A stretch of DNA of 64,000 nt from Octopus vulgaris. Taxonomy: Eukaryota. A program made the translations under genes and the position numbers. Of the stretch, positions 1 through 13,070 are shown in pieces (within the stretch, counting starts at the first letter, position 1; every line of letters starts with the position of its first letter). The stretch is from NCBI GenBank assembly GCA_951406725.2, contig OX597818.1:75392001-75456000 (forward strand), read 5' to 3'. The notes beneath the pieces were generated by a model, which did not search any database, was not told the DNA's origin, and saw only the letters and a program-made list of their open reading frames with translations.

Positions 1-2002
1 TCGCCAGCTTCCGCAGTAGCGGCTCGAGAGTCAATACATACAGAAGCGCCGACAGGGGACACCCCTGACGGACCGAACGCGTGATGTCAAACGGTTTCGA
101 CAGGTGGCCGTTCACCCGAATCACCGATCGGATGCCGCTATACAAGGCAGCGATCCAACCGTGGAAGACGGAACCGAAGCCAGCCGCCCTGAGGACGGCC
201 GCCAAGTACCGATGGTCGACCCTATCGAAGGCTTTAGACTGATCCAAATTGATCAGCGCCCCACCCATGCCAGGATCCTTAACTACCCTGTCCACAATGT
301 AGCGCATCAGATGGAGGTTGTCATGTATGGTTCTGCCCGGCACGGCGCATGTTTGCGCCCTGTCGACCAGTTTACCAATGACAAGCGCCAACCTCTCGGC
401 TATCACTTTGGCCAAAATTTTCAAATCTGCGTTAAGCAGAGTGATGGACCTGAAATTATCTATAAAATTCTCCTTGTTTGGGTCTTTCTTCAGCAACGTC
501 ACTGCACCTCGGCTCACGAAACCGGGAATTCTCCCGTTTTGTTGCCAGTTGCAGTAGACTGATGCCAAGAGGTCGCCAAACAAGTCTGGCATTTGACGAT
601 ACAGCTCGTAGGGTATACCATCCAATCCAGGCGACTTATCCCTCGCGCAGCCCGCCATCGCATCCCAGACGTCAGCGGCCGTGATGGGACTTTCACAACA
701 CGCCGCTTCTCTTGCCGAGAGCCGTGGTAGGTCGGTCAGGTAGACACTGAAATCCATCCCGCGTTCCGACCCACCACTCGCACCAAACAGTCGAGCAAAG
801 TGTAGTTAAAAGGCCTCACACATACTTTCGGGTTCGAGTAAACTGCATCCCTGTTAATCTATTAGAGACCGAATGGTGGCTCTGTTGCCACGCTGCGCCT
901 CCGCTACCCGGGCCTCTCGCGCAGCTTCAATCCCTTCGTTCCTTAAGGCACGCATTTTAGCTCTGACGACGCAACCCTCGTGCTTGGCGTTGAGGTGTTG
1001 GTCGAGGGCCATCCTCGCAGCCAGCACGCTGGTTGCGCAGCCAGTGGTAAGTACCTCTTCAAGTTTCTTAACCAGGTCTCCCTCTACTCTATTTCGATTT
1101 ATCGCTAATTCCTTGCTAAACCTAACTGATTCCGATTTTATTGCCATTTTCAGGGCGAACCACCAGCGGTTGTTAACGACGACAGCCGTCAGCGCCCTCT
1201 TAATTAACTCGCTAATCCGGTTCCTGTAAACCTGTCGCGCTAAGAGCGACGTGTTCAGTTTCCAGTAACGGAGACCCTGTCTATGTGTCTTATCTAAGTC
1301 GAGCGTACACGTAACAAATTTGTGATCTGTGTAGCTGACTATTTTAAATTGTGGACATCCTACACTATCCCTATCCGCTGTCCTGCATAGAATTCTCTCT
1401 AGATAAGATCTCGACGATCCGGCGCGGTTTGTCCAAGTCCACGTTGGCACGTTCGGATGGTCGAGTCGGAACCTGTCAGACAAATGGAAACGTCTGAGTA
1501 GGTCTTTGATGCACTTACACCCCCTTCTATTCCTATCCATTCCCACATAATCTAGATGCGTGTCCAAGGTAGCGTTCCAATCCCCTACTAGCAGTAAATG
1601 TCTAGACGTACCCAGAAAAAACTCTAGACGTCTGAAGAAATCCGCCCGACCCGTTAAATACGGTGCATAAACTGCCATCAGTCGGAATGCACACCCATTT
1701 CTGCCATCCACGTCCAAGACAACCAGCCTACCCTCCGGGTCTAGGAATATTGTTCTTACTTTTACATTTAGACTCTTTCGAAAAAGTACCGCGGTACCTC
1801 CACCACCCATGTTCGGCAGACAGGGAGAAAAATAAATGTCGAATTTATCGCCAAACATGGACGCGAGGGCCCGCGGCTTGCTGAGTCTGGTTTCACTGAT
1901 AGCTACTATATCCACGTTCAGTGACTTGATGTCGTTTAGAAGGTAACCTTGTTTCCAAGCCGACGCCAAGCCACGCGCATTCACACAACCTAATTTAAGC
2001 AT
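1..2002 (-). pseudogene. LINE ORF2 (APE endonuclease + reverse transcriptase), two in-frame TAA stops
   Basis: APE motifs: MLKLGCVNARGL, DIVAISET, AVYAP, GDWNA, TDH. The frame continues past TAA at 854-856 and 806-808 into KSPGLDG, NFRSITLLNADLKILAK, LDQSKAFDRVDH and VRQGCPLS (about 51-73). Confidence 0.9.
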
Positions 2003-2068
2003 AATTGACGTTTAAGAAATTTGTGTTTCACACACTACATTGGAAGAGACAAGAGGCAAGAGGGAAGG

Positions 2069-3344
2069 TCACTTACCCATTTCGAAAGTTTCAGTTTTTT
2101 CTTCATCTTTTGTAGTGTCTTTGAGGAGGTGTTTGAATAGTTTTTTGGAGAGGTATTTTTGAAACACCCCTACCGCATTTGGAAATATGGTTTTCAGTGT
2201 ATGGTGTTGTGTTTGCGTTATGTGTACAATTCTTATGTGTTTTGGTGGAGTCGTGCGCGGATGATTATTTGTCTTAAAGTCATCTTCGCAGATGTTCGTG
2301 TTGGATGCAATGTAATCCATTAGTTTTTTATTGTCCGTGTCTATTGCTGTTAGTTGTGTGTGTGGTTTTGCGGGGTCATTGATTTTTTTATTGTCTAAGG
2401 GGATGCTGTCCGGAGTTAAATATCCCTCTGCTTTACTTACTTTTTTGGTGGGCTTTTTTTGTCTTTTCCTTTTACCCCCTGTGGCTATTTGCCATTCCGT
2501 CGAACTTTCGTCGTCCGACGAATCAGAAGGGGGTAAAGGCAAAGCATTTGCGTTAATATGTATGTTTGTAGAAATTGTTGATGTTTTGTGCGGTGTTTGT
2601 GTTGTTGGGGTGTTAGGGTTAGAATTTGTCTTCTCGTCACTACTTTCTTTTTTTTTTTTTTGTCGTCCTTGGTGCTGGTGTTGGTCTATATTTTGGTGTT
2701 GTTTCAGTATGTTGAATTGGTTGCGACGTCAACGGTGATTGTGTTGGTGCTGTTTCTTTTCTTGGTGATGTTGTTGGGGTTTGTTTGCTGGTTTGTTGTT
2801 TTTCTTGGCATTGTTCCATCATTGAGTGTGTTGGTGTTGGTGTTGGCAACAAAGGTTTTTTGTTTGTTTTCTGATTTGTTTTTTCTTGTTTTCTCTGTGC
2901 CAGAACGCACTTTGCAATTAAATGTTCTGGGCTGCCACAGTTGTAGCATCTTGGGTTTTTGCCTTCTGCTACAACATATAGGCCTTGCCCATTTTCTAAA
3001 TGGATCCTATCAGGAAGTTTCTCTATAGAGGACCCATCAATCTGGATGGTCACTTCTATTGATTTATCACCCCAATTGTCATTTTTGTACTGGACGATTT
3101 CTAATATGTTTATCGTTTTTAAATGATAACATATCGCCGATGTTATCCATTTGGGTGATATGTCTGTTGGGACATTTTTAATTGTAATTTTGCTCACTCT
3201 TTGGCCTTTGTAATATGGTATCATGATGATTTCATCATTTTGCAAAGGCTCCGTAGAGTGAGCTTTTGCCACTTCCTGGTTAGGGAAGCGGACCACCACT
3301 GTATTAAACTGGGGACCCCAGTTTATATATTCTTTTACTTTCAT
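2069..3344 (-). pseudogene. LINE ORF1 (gag-like, zinc knuckle), frameshifted in a homopolymer
   Basis: ORF 2640..3344 (CCHC knuckle) joins ORF 2069..2542 if one base is shifted in the A-run at about 2648-2661, giving ...KKESSDEKTNSNP...LPLPPSDSSDDE. Confidence 0.75.
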
Positions 3345-3595
3345 TATGCTTTTTGCACACTTTTCAATGTCCGTTTTTGTGATCTGTTCATTTTGTTTTT
3401 TTGTTTTTTTTAATAATTTTATATATAATTGTTTGGTTTTCTATTTGTTCCTTTATGTGTTGAGGTGTATGCAATACTAAATCCTGCCTTTGGGTTGTGA
3501 AGAGTGATCTTGTCTCTATCAACTCTTCATTCGTGAACTGTATATTGAAAATTAAGTATTTAAATGATTTTAAATATCACTCTCTGCTTTGACTT

Positions 3596-3598
<3 letters not shown>

Positions 3599-3668
<70 letters not shown>

Positions 3669-3778
3669 TGTGTGTGTAAGTATGTATGTAAGTATGTATG
3701 TATGTGTATGTATGTGTGTGTATATATATATATATGTGTGTGTGTGTGTATGTATATATATATATGTATGTATGTATG

Positions 3779-3809
<31 letters not shown>

Positions 3810-3826
3810 TACATATATATATATAT
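3599..3826. repeat. (TA)n/(TATG)n/(TG)n compound microsatellite
   Basis: Directly visible. Confidence 0.95.
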
Positions 3827-3827
3827 T

Positions 3828-4228
3828 CTTTTATTCTTTTATTTGCTTCAGTCATTTGACTGTGGCCAAGCTAGAGCACCGCCTTCTTTCGGATAAATCG
3901 ACCCTAGAACTTATTCTTTGTAAGTCTAGTACTTATTCTATCGGTCTCTTTTTTCCGAGCCGCTAATTTACTGGAACGCAAACACACCAGCATCGGTTGT
4001 CAAGCGATGGTGGGGGGACAAACACAGACACACAAACATATACACACACACACACACAAATATATATAAGTATATACAACTGGCTTCTTCCAGTTTCCGC
4101 CTACCAAATCTACTCACAAAGCCTTGGTCGGCCTGAGGCTATAGTAAAAAAACACTCGTCCAAGGAACCCGGAACCATGTAGTTGGTAAGCAAACTACTT
4201 ACCACACATCCACTGCTTCGCACGCCTA
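3828..4228 (-). mobile_element. tRNA-derived SINE family A (internal TA/TG tract)
   Basis: Reverse complement of the copy at 10276-10652: GGCGxxxxAGxxGTGGxTGTGTGGTAAG head through CAGTCAAATGACTGAA tail. Confidence 0.85.
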
Positions 4229-4662
4229 TATATCTATATATATATAAGTATAGCATCGAATTTACTAAATGGAAACTATGAGGAAGCTTATCTTGTATGT
4301 TTGGATGGAGCGGGAGTGCCTGAGTTTGTCCATATACCTATTGACAACCAGTGTTGGTGCATTTATGTACCGGTTCAATAACGGTTTGGCAAAAGAGACC
4401 CAATAGAATAAGTTCCAGACTAAAACAGAATTACAAGGATTATTTCGTATAAACCCATCAAAGATAATCCCCCAGCATAGCCGCAGTCCAATGAGTGAAA
4501 CAAGTAAATAGTAAATAAAAGAAGAAAGATAAAAAGGATTAACATACTAACATACTTATATACGTATGTGTATATACATGTATGTGTGTGTATATATATG
4601 TATATGTATATACATGCATGTGTGTGTATATATATGTATATGTATATACATGTATGTCAGTG

Positions 4663-4706
<44 letters not shown>

Positions 4707-4712
4707 CACTGG

Positions 4713-4746
<34 letters not shown>

Positions 4747-5095
4747 AAGCAAATTAGCTAGTTATAATATCACAAGAAGAGATCAGAGTAGTAACTATAC
4801 TAACCAGTAAAGTTAATCGCTACATCTGTTCCATGTTACTACTGTTTAACCACATGTTAACCCCTTTTTAACATGGCTATTCCATGTTACAACTAGTTTA
4901 ACCCCAGGCAGATCTTCTGCCAGCTGGTTATTGGTACAGCACTAAATCTTGTACATACATATCTATTGCTAGCAGGGGGAGCGAATCCTCTAGTAGACAA
5001 CTGTTTACTCTTACAGTAAATGTATTAAATAGATATTTATCTTTCATTCGAGTACTTTTTTGTTGATTCTACCTATATTGGATCTATAAACTCTA

Positions 5096-5135
<40 letters not shown>

Positions 5136-5155
5136 TGTGTGTGTGTATGTGTGAA

Positions 5156-5200
<45 letters not shown>

Positions 5201-5201
5201 A

Positions 5202-5235
<34 letters not shown>

Positions 5236-5242
<7 letters not shown>

Positions 5243-5652
5243 TGTCTACTCGTTAGATGAACATGACCCTCGCTGACATGTAGTGTCAGCAATGTCCGTG
5301 CAAGGATTTTATGTCGAGTGTGGCTTGTCCACTCCACAACGACTCTCACTAGCAATATCAAAGAACCTAGAGACTAACAAAGTGCAAGATATCCGGGTCA
5401 GCAGAGCTCCGGCTTTATATACGAGTTAACCTTCTCCTAGAGGGATTCCATCACCTTCTGTGGGTATACTGCGTTCTAAGCCACTTACTCGAATATTTCT
5501 ACGCCCCGGCGCTCATATACTAGTTAACCCATAGGTGGAACCCAACGGGTGCTACTGCTCCAATTCAGAAGTGGCTCCACACTCCTCAAAACCCTGGAAC
5601 TCCTGAACCGGAGCTCCATTATCGGATGCAGTTTAGAGTCATAACCAGGACA
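5236..5652 (-). mobile_element. Unclassified interspersed repeat, possible solo LTR
   Basis: A GC-richer block of about 420 bp bounded by TG...CA between TA tracts, with TATATAAA on the minus strand near 5414-5421. No second copy in the window. Confidence 0.25.
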
Positions 5653-5688
5653 TATATGTGTGTGTGTGTGTGTGTGTGGGTATGTGTG

Positions 5689-5719
<31 letters not shown>

Positions 5720-6098
5720 ATATATATTTATATATATACATACATATATACATACATATATATATATCATAAGAATTTATCAAGTAGTTAGCGGGAAAAT
5801 TTATCAATTATTCCCCTTAAATGTATTTATTTATATTAAGGGCATTACTATACATAAGTGCCTCACGCTAGGAGGGACTCTTAAAGTCAAAACTACCATA
5901 ATAAACACCTTTTACCGAACGCGAGTGAATGCAACTCTCGAACTGAGTCTTTTAAAAACAGATCCAGCTGCAGATCATATGATTTTATAATTAGTGCACA
6001 AAATGCACTTTTTTAATCGTCAGTGCAAGCGTAATCAAGCATAACCATATACTAATTCCCTTAATATAAATAAATAGATAAATAAATATATATATATA

Positions 6099-6962
6099 CG
6101 TCCTACAACTGCCACCACGGAGGAAAACATTGATGGTCGACAAGCGATTGGCTATAAATCAAATAGCCAATGCTATTAGCATATTCTGTGAGGAAGTTGA
6201 GATTATTCTGTACAATGAACTTGGCATGACGAAGGTTTCTGTCACATTTTCTGACAACTGATCAAAAGCGCAACAGGCTAATCACATCACGAGAAAATCT
6301 GACACTGAGTCACATCCAACTGGTTTCCTTGAATGTTTCCTGAGCCAGGATGAGAGTTGGGTTCATCACTCTGAGCCAAGGGTAAAGAGACAATCCATGC
6401 AGTGGAAACACACCTCTTCACCTGCACTAAAGAAGGCCAAGGTCGTTTTATCTACAGGGAAGGTGATGACCTCAGTTTTGCTTTTTTGTTTTTTGTAATG
6501 TAAAAAGCATTGTGCTTATTGCCTATCTTCAAAAGTACTACACCATCTATAGACAGTATTATGCCAACTTACTGATATCAAGACAGAACGCCCAGGGAAA
6601 CTGAAGAAAGGGGGTCTTGTTTCATGAAGACAATGCTCCAGCACAAAAGTCCTTGCTTTGAATGGTTGCTGTGTGTGACTGTGGCTTTGAATTGGTCGAT
6701 CACTGTCCCTAGTTTCTTGATTTGACCCTATCTGATTAACATTTGTCCCCTAACATGAAAGAACACTTGGCTGAGAACCAGTATCACTGTGATGGTGACG
6801 CCATATCTGCTGTTGATGTTTTTAAGCAACAGGATGAAAATGTCTTTACTAATTGGATTGAAACACTGCAACACTGATGAAAGAAGTGTAGACTGCAAAG
6901 GGGACTGCGTTGAAAAATAAATGTCATGTGTTCACATTCCATTAGAGTATCTTGATCAGCCT
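6099..6962 (+). pseudogene. Degenerate mariner (DD34D) transposase
   Basis: Translated fragments: RPTTATTEENID, DESWVHHSEP, RQSMQWKH, GKVMTSV, HEDNAPA, a decayed YSPDLAPSD-like motif, and a KCVDCKGDxVEK-stop end. Many stops and frameshifts. Confidence 0.85.
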
Positions 6963-7499
6963 ACATGTGTGTGTGTATTTATATATAGAGAGAGAGGGGG
7001 GAAAGGAAAAGAGAGAGAGGGGGAGAAAAGAGAGAGAGATAGTTGAACCAGCACTTGGTCAACATTCTTTGTAGAGGAGACTGAAGCAACATGAAATGAA
7101 GTATTTTACTGAAATATATAACAAGTTACTTTGAGCAGGTATTGAAGGCGTTATGGTCGTGAAGCCAGTACTCTAACCACGAGGCCACTTGTCTTCACTA
7201 TAACATGATAAATATTCTTGAAAACACACAGCAGAATGACACAGACACTCGTGGGAAATTACAATAAACAGGGTTAATTATTCATTGAGATTTACCTTTT
7301 AATATGAATATCTAATCAATGAACACTATTTATGACACCCACGTAATCAAATATTAATTGATATATTCTTCTCAATAAGTATGTGTATTTATGCATGTTT
7401 GTGTGTGAAGTCTGCGTATTTCAAAGAATAAACATAACGTTGTAATTACATTATATATAATATATATATAGTATTATATATATATATATATATATATGT

Positions 7500-7708
7500 G
7501 GGGGGGGGGTGACCTCGTGAGCACCGCCAGCAATTTTTTTCCTATGTCTTCCCTTCTCGGGATCTTTCCTTCTCCTTTGTTTCCGACGAAGAGCTCCGCT
7601 CGAAACGTTAAACCCTCCTTCCCTTCTTTCCTGAGCGTCCAATAATACTTTATTTGTTCCACGTCCTCGCGTTGCTGTGTGCTTTTTTGTGTGTTTTCTT
7701 GTTTGGAT

Positions 7709-7712
<4 letters not shown>
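7500..7712 (+). mobile_element. (TA)n-flanked PLE-like terminal-repeat fragment with minimal hammerhead
   Basis: Near-identical to 62860-63052. Both end in TTGGATTAAC(TA)n. Confidence 0.7.
7579..7613 (+). ncRNA. Minimal type I hammerhead ribozyme (U4C variant)
   Basis: GTTT-CCGACGA-A-GAGC(TCC)GCTC-GAAA-CG-TT-AAAC. Stem I GTTT/AAAC, stem II GAGC/GCTC, palindromic stem III. Confidence 0.65.
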
Positions 7713-7751
<39 letters not shown>

Positions 7752-8065
7752 CAAAACAATTTAGATTCAAATGAATATGGTACTTAACTTAGATGCACCA
7801 GAATTTTTTTATAGTATTACCCATAAAATTATGTGGGGTGATTATAACCAAAAAATAAGCAACAAGAATGGATCGATTCTTGTTGCTTATTTTTGGGTTA
7901 TATATATATACATATATAATTTATAAGTAAGGGAAAAAGAAAAAATTTCTAATCCCAAAATATGCCGAAAATAGACACTACGTCAATAACCATGTAATTT
8001 ACCACCACAAGCACGTGCTTCAAAGAAAGCCGACAGAAATTTCCAAAAAAATTCCGTTATTACCA

Positions 8066-8119
8066 TATCGGACCCGACTTCAGAGTTAGTTCATAAGAAC
8101 CTTCTCTTCATCAGTGATA
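8066..8119 (-). ncRNA. Degenerate type I hammerhead motif
   Basis: TATCA-CTGATGA-AGAG...CTCT-GAAG-TCGG-GTC-CGATA. GAAA is mutated to GAAG. Confidence 0.4.
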
Positions 8120-9323
8120 AATGCGGTAAAGAAATAAGTGAAATACTTACTTATACCCATAGAAGAAGCGAGCACTAAGCCACGAGCACAATTAAGTACC
8201 CCAAATATATCCAAAATAGAAATTCTCTAGCACAGGATATTTTAAAACTATATGGAACGCAACAAAACACAGTAGACTATACACGTTCGCCCGTCCAAGT
8301 GACGAGGACCTTCTAATCATTTTTGGTGGCTCTGTTTAAAGAGAAAAAGATTCATGTACCGTCAACTTCACTCTCTCGATCATGACCACCTTCAATCCAG
8401 GGGAAAGATTAGATCAATACGACTGGGATGGGAGACAGATACAGTGGTTAACCAAGCTGTTATTCTTCACAACAGATCACAACATAACATATTAGGACAC
8501 TACAGAACAAACGGCACTAGTTGGATTGCTGTAGCCACAACTACAGCAACAGAAACAACTTCTACTACAGGCATCCAAAGAACATCGCGAATATGATTTC
8601 CTATCAGCGAAAAAAGTTGGACGATACAGCTAAATAATGCAGTCACAGCAACAACTGCCTCAGAGCGTCTATGGTGTGGGAACTACTCTAAGGTTTGATC
8701 AGGATAGTCTGAACAGTCTCTTCTGAATAACATTCAGGTCGTTTGATTATGGACAATCTCCGAGAATTTTTGACTTAAGAGGGAAGTGGAAAGAATCACC
8801 AGTTCCAGTTTATGGCAAGGTCTACAAGCACGGAAATGCCAGCAACCGAATCTAATCAAGATGAATGCAAGATAAGGGAATCGTCTTATACACATTTGTA
8901 CATTATCTGTGCTTTAATGATCCACAGGTTTGTGTTAAAGAGCTGCTATCATGTGTCAGGCAGATCCTGCAATCAGCTGTATTAAGATGATCAGCACACC
9001 ATCTGTCCTTTGCCAGACGAAGGGCAGCTAGTTTCCTTGTCTCGTAAATATGGCTATATCGGAAACGGCGTCGTCCCTTAGCTCAGTGTGAATTTGTGGC
9101 CTAATATGGGGAAAGGGTGAGTGTTGATGTGGCCCTTAATAATATTAAGTTGTAGGGGGTTTCTGTGGACATACAAGTCTGTAAACTACAAAGGGATTCC
9201 AGAATTGCTGTCCCGCAGCATGTACTGATAGAAGGGGTTCAAGACTGATAATATACTGCAGCATTTCCAGATATTACACATGTGACAGCAGGGTTTTATA
9301 TAGCAGTAAGGGTCGTTTAATGA

Positions 9324-9664
9324 AGGCGCATGGCTCAGTGGTTAGAGCGTCGAGCTTACGATCGTGAGGTTGTGAGTTCGATTCCCGGACCGGGCTGCGT
9401 GTTGTGTTCTTGAGCAAGACACTTTGTTTTACGTTTCTCCGGTTAATTCAGCTGTAGAAATGAGTTGCGACATCACTGGTGCCAAGCTGTATCGGCCTTT
9501 GCCTTTCCCTTGGATAACATCAGTGGGGTGGAGAAGGGAGGCTGGTATGCATGGGCGACTGCTGGCCTTCCGTAAACAATCTTGCCCTTGGCTTGTACCT
9601 TGGAGGGTAACTTTCTTGGTGCAATCCCAAGGTCATTCATGACCGAAGGGGGTCTCCCATAAGT
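9324..9664 (+). mobile_element. tRNA-derived SINE family C with 12-bp TSD
   Basis: A box TGGCTCAGTGG, B box GAGTTCGATTC, then GTGTTCTTGAGCAAGACACTT. Direct repeat GTCGTTTAATGA at 9312-9323 and 9665-9676. Confidence 0.85.
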
Positions 9665-10275
9665 GTCGTTTAATGACTTTTTTGTCCAGATGAACTAGAG
9701 AAATCGAAAGAGAAGCATGGACTGAAACGGCAGATGAGGTCGCCTTGCTGTGATCTCCAAGTACATACCAGGAAGTCAATGACTGAGAAACTAAGGTCTC
9801 ACATGCATACGCACACACACCCTCTCTCTCTCTCTTTCTCTCTCTCTCTTTCTCTTTCTCTTATAATTACAAACAAGAAAATCAGATTGTAAGCCTGAAA
9901 CAGAAACACTATTCCTTACAGCAAAGGTCTAGGTTCTGAAGGCAATTTACATTTGTTACATCACGTTCCGCATAGACTAGATCAGTGGGTCATCGTTGGA
10001 TAGAATCCTTAGCACAAAATTATATAAGTACGTCGAATTTTATAAGGGAATTGCCAGAGAGGGAATTTCTGTGTTTTATTTGAAAATATAACTAATGAAT
10101 TTAACACCAAAGACTTAGAAATCAGATTATTTAGAGAACAGGAATGACCTATTGTATGAAATAATTGATATTAGAAAACTTGGTGAGGGTACTGGATTTA
10201 AAAGACAAATTAAAACAATACGAAGTAGGAAGACTAATTTTCAGCCATTAACGAAGTTTTAATAGAGTGAGAACC

Positions 10276-10652
10276 AGGCGCAGGAGTGGCTGTGTGGTAA
10301 GTAGCTTGCTTACCAGCCATGGCACCTTGGGCAAGTGTCTTCTACTATAGCCTCGGGTTGACCAAAGTTTTGTGAGTGGATTTGGTAGACGGAAACTGAA
10401 AGAAGCCCGTCGTATATATGTATATGTACATATGTGTGTGTGTTTGTGTGTCTGTGTTTGTCCCCCCCCCCCCCAACATCGCTTGACAACCGATGCTGGT
10501 GTGTTTACGTCCCCGTAACATAGCGGTTCGGCAAAAAGAGACCGATAAAATAAGTACTAGGCTTACAAAGAATAAGTCCTGGGGTCGATTTCCTTGACTA
10601 AAGGCGGTGCTCCAGCATGGCCGCAGTCAAATGACTGAAACAAGTAAAGAGT
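10276..10652 (+). mobile_element. tRNA-derived SINE family A, near full length
   Basis: Head, internal (TA/TG) tract and tail shared with several other copies in the window. A deletion removes the B-box region relative to the copy at 23358. Confidence 0.85.
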
Positions 10653-10908
10653 TTGATGGATTTACTCCACTGAATCTTTCTTTAAATAGCAACAAAAACA
10701 CGAGAGACACTTGAATCTCAACGATTTTATTCCCTTGAATGTATGTAAATAGTGATATACGTTTTACAGTAATGTGATAGTATGGTGTGGCAGTGTGTTA
10801 GTATGGTATGGCCGTGTAACGTGGCCGTGAATTTTGGATGTGTAGTACAAGTAAGCATAGTGTAGTGATGTAGTAAGTTCATGTAGTATAGGTGAGTCTC
10901 GCTCTCTT

Positions 10909-10955
<47 letters not shown>

Positions 10956-11836
10956 TGTGTTCTTGGGTTATGACAGAATCGTTAAAAATGCAGAACTTCG
11001 AATTCTAGCACCTTTATTCCACTGTGGAAGCGAAAATTGATGAATGACTATACGAATAAGAAAACTTTACTGTCGATTCTATAACCCAACGTGTTACTTT
11101 TATGCATTATCGATATATTTCTTAAATAAAATGCAAAATCGATATTTCTAAATCGCCTGCCATCCTAACACTTAAGCAATAAATTCAAAATTTTCTATTG
11201 AAGTCTTCTAGAATATTCTTCCTTCATTTTATATTAAGTATTGTCTAATTTGTAAGTACTTTACACGCACTGTTTTTTTTAACTTCAACTGATTGAAGAC
11301 AAGAGACACCTACAGCATATTTATGTGGCGTAAATATGAATTATTGTTTTCTTTATTGTGGGTGTTCCAACTACTTTAATCTTAAGATTCTTTTGTCGCA
11401 CTCACAGCAACACGTCCTTATAATTATACATCGTCTAACATCCAAAATCTTTCAGACAACGGCTCTGAGACAATACTGGTCTATGTTGTTATCTAATATT
11501 ACTTACTAACTCGCTTCTATAAATTTTATTCCATTCCAAATCAACTAAGTTATATAGTCTTGCAGTAGAAGTTTGTATGTTATTACCTATATAACTATAT
11601 CACGCAACCGCACTACGTTACCACACTGTACGCCACACTATTCAACTATACTATATGTCCATACTTGCTATACTATACAAGACAGTGTAGTTAGATAACA
11701 TATACATTTAAATTAAATGACTTCACACTATCATTCTACACCACCACAATATCAATACACTAACACAACTTTACTACCTTACCACACTGCACAAGCACAC
11801 GCATACTATTCTACCAAGCTCTGTTACTACCCACAC

Positions 11837-12090
11837 CAGTGGTTCTCAACTATTTTTTCCCTATCGACCCCTTCAATTTCTATTTTACTCAGGTGGACCC
11901 TCATAGCCATTTGATTTTTTTTTGAAAATCTCATCAATTTTTGGAATGAAATATTAGAGGAAGAGCATTAAAAATTTTTTTTATATTTTTGTATATTGAA
12001 GAAACATAAGCAATTTATTGCACAAATTTTAGCGAAAAATATCTTATATGGATCACCAAGGTTCATGTGGAACTCAGTTGAGTACCATTC
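11837..12090. mobile_element. hAT/Charlie-like MITE
   Basis: TIR CAGTGGTTCTCAAC versus GTTGAGTACCATT, followed by ATCTAGAC (Charlie-like NTCTAGAN target). Confidence 0.55.
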
Positions 12091-12207
12091 ATCTAGACTA
12101 TCACATTATAGTTTCACACTTAGCAAACGCATTACTACACACTACTAACAACACTGCACTTCCTCACTACAGTGTCAGACAACACTTCCACACTTTACAA
12201 CCCATGT

Positions 12208-12452
12208 CCGGTAAGTTCATGGTCATAAATTCACTGCAGGGAAAGTTCCCCGTCATCAATTCACCGTTCTGATTTGTTTTTGTTCTTTTGTTTTTTGGTG
12301 ATGGGAATTTCAATAAAATAATTTTAACTATTAATAGTGAGACACTATGGATATATTTTCTTGGTAAACTTACCTCGTGGTGAACTTTCTTCACAGTGAA
12401 TTGATGGCGGTGAACTTTCTCAGCGGTAAAGTGATGGCGGTGAACTTACCTG
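12208..12452. mobile_element. MITE with inverted termini and subterminal GGTGAACTT repeats
   Basis: CCGGTAAGTTCA ... TGAACTTACCTG. Internal AAAGTTCCCCGTCATCAATTCAC pairs with GTGAATTGATGGCGGTGAACTTT. Confidence 0.55.
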
Positions 12453-12719
12453 TAATTCATACCACCACACTTCAGAACTGCACTGTCACATTACACAATT
12501 TTGCAGCACTGCCACACAACACTTTTGTTAAAGAACCAAACAGTAGAGTTCATAGACTGCACGAATACATTGTTTTTCCAGTCTTAGTCTTGCAAGGTAA
12601 TTCCTGAACAGTACTGCCTTGGGTCCTAGGACTCATAGAGATGGCTGCCCGGTTCCCAGGCGTATAAGTGACCGAGGAGCACCTCGCTGAAGAACTTAGT
12701 AGGTCCTTTTGCTAAGCTT

Positions 12720-13070
12720 GTTCTTTTGCTAAACTGTTAAGTTATGGGGGCGTGAATGAACGAACATCGGTTGTCAAGTGGTGAGGGAAGCAACTGTAAA
12801 TACATGCATATACACACAGATACACACACAAAGATACACACACACCTGTGTGCGTATGGGTGCATGTGTGCGTGTGTCTGTGTGTTTGTGTGTAAGACAG
12901 GAGACTATATAGTTTCCGTCTACCATACTCACTCTCAAGGTATTGGTCAACAGGGAGCTATAGTATAAAACATCTTGTATAAGAATAATATAAGGTACCA
13001 ATAGAATAGTATTGCCCACGGTGCCGCATAGTGGGAGTGAAACGTTCTTGACCACAAAGCCATGCCTACA
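12720..13070 (-). mobile_element. Old, diverged SINE family A copy
   Basis: Recognisable blocks CATCGGTTGTCAAG, GTTTCCGTCTACCA and GTGCCGCATAGTGGGA. Confidence 0.6.

Larger units (their letters stand above)
1..3600 (-). mobile_element. L1/Tx1-clade non-LTR retrotransposon (ORF1 + APE-RT ORF2), running off the window start
   Basis: ORF1 has a CCHC knuckle (CYNCGSPEHLIAKC). ORF2 has APE motifs and RT motifs. The 5' boundary is approximate, next to the (TA)n tract at 3599. Confidence 0.9.

Noticed and set aside
806-856. Programmed readthrough or RNA-editing rescue of the two in-frame ORF2 stops
   Set aside because: Both are TAA and most simply explained as CAA-to-TAA decay; there is no recoding signal.
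104-1884. Plus-strand ORFs 104..562, 873..1229 and 1663..1884
   Set aside because: Antisense shadows of LINE ORF2, with no independent motifs.
8350-9310. Possible old LINE 3' relic (CRICLTHDS on the minus strand)
   Set aside because: Too decayed to assign by eye.
9324-9395. tRNA gene calls for SINE heads (also 31581 and 50970)
   Set aside because: No proper acceptor stem or terminator; each continues into a SINE body, and one has a TSD.
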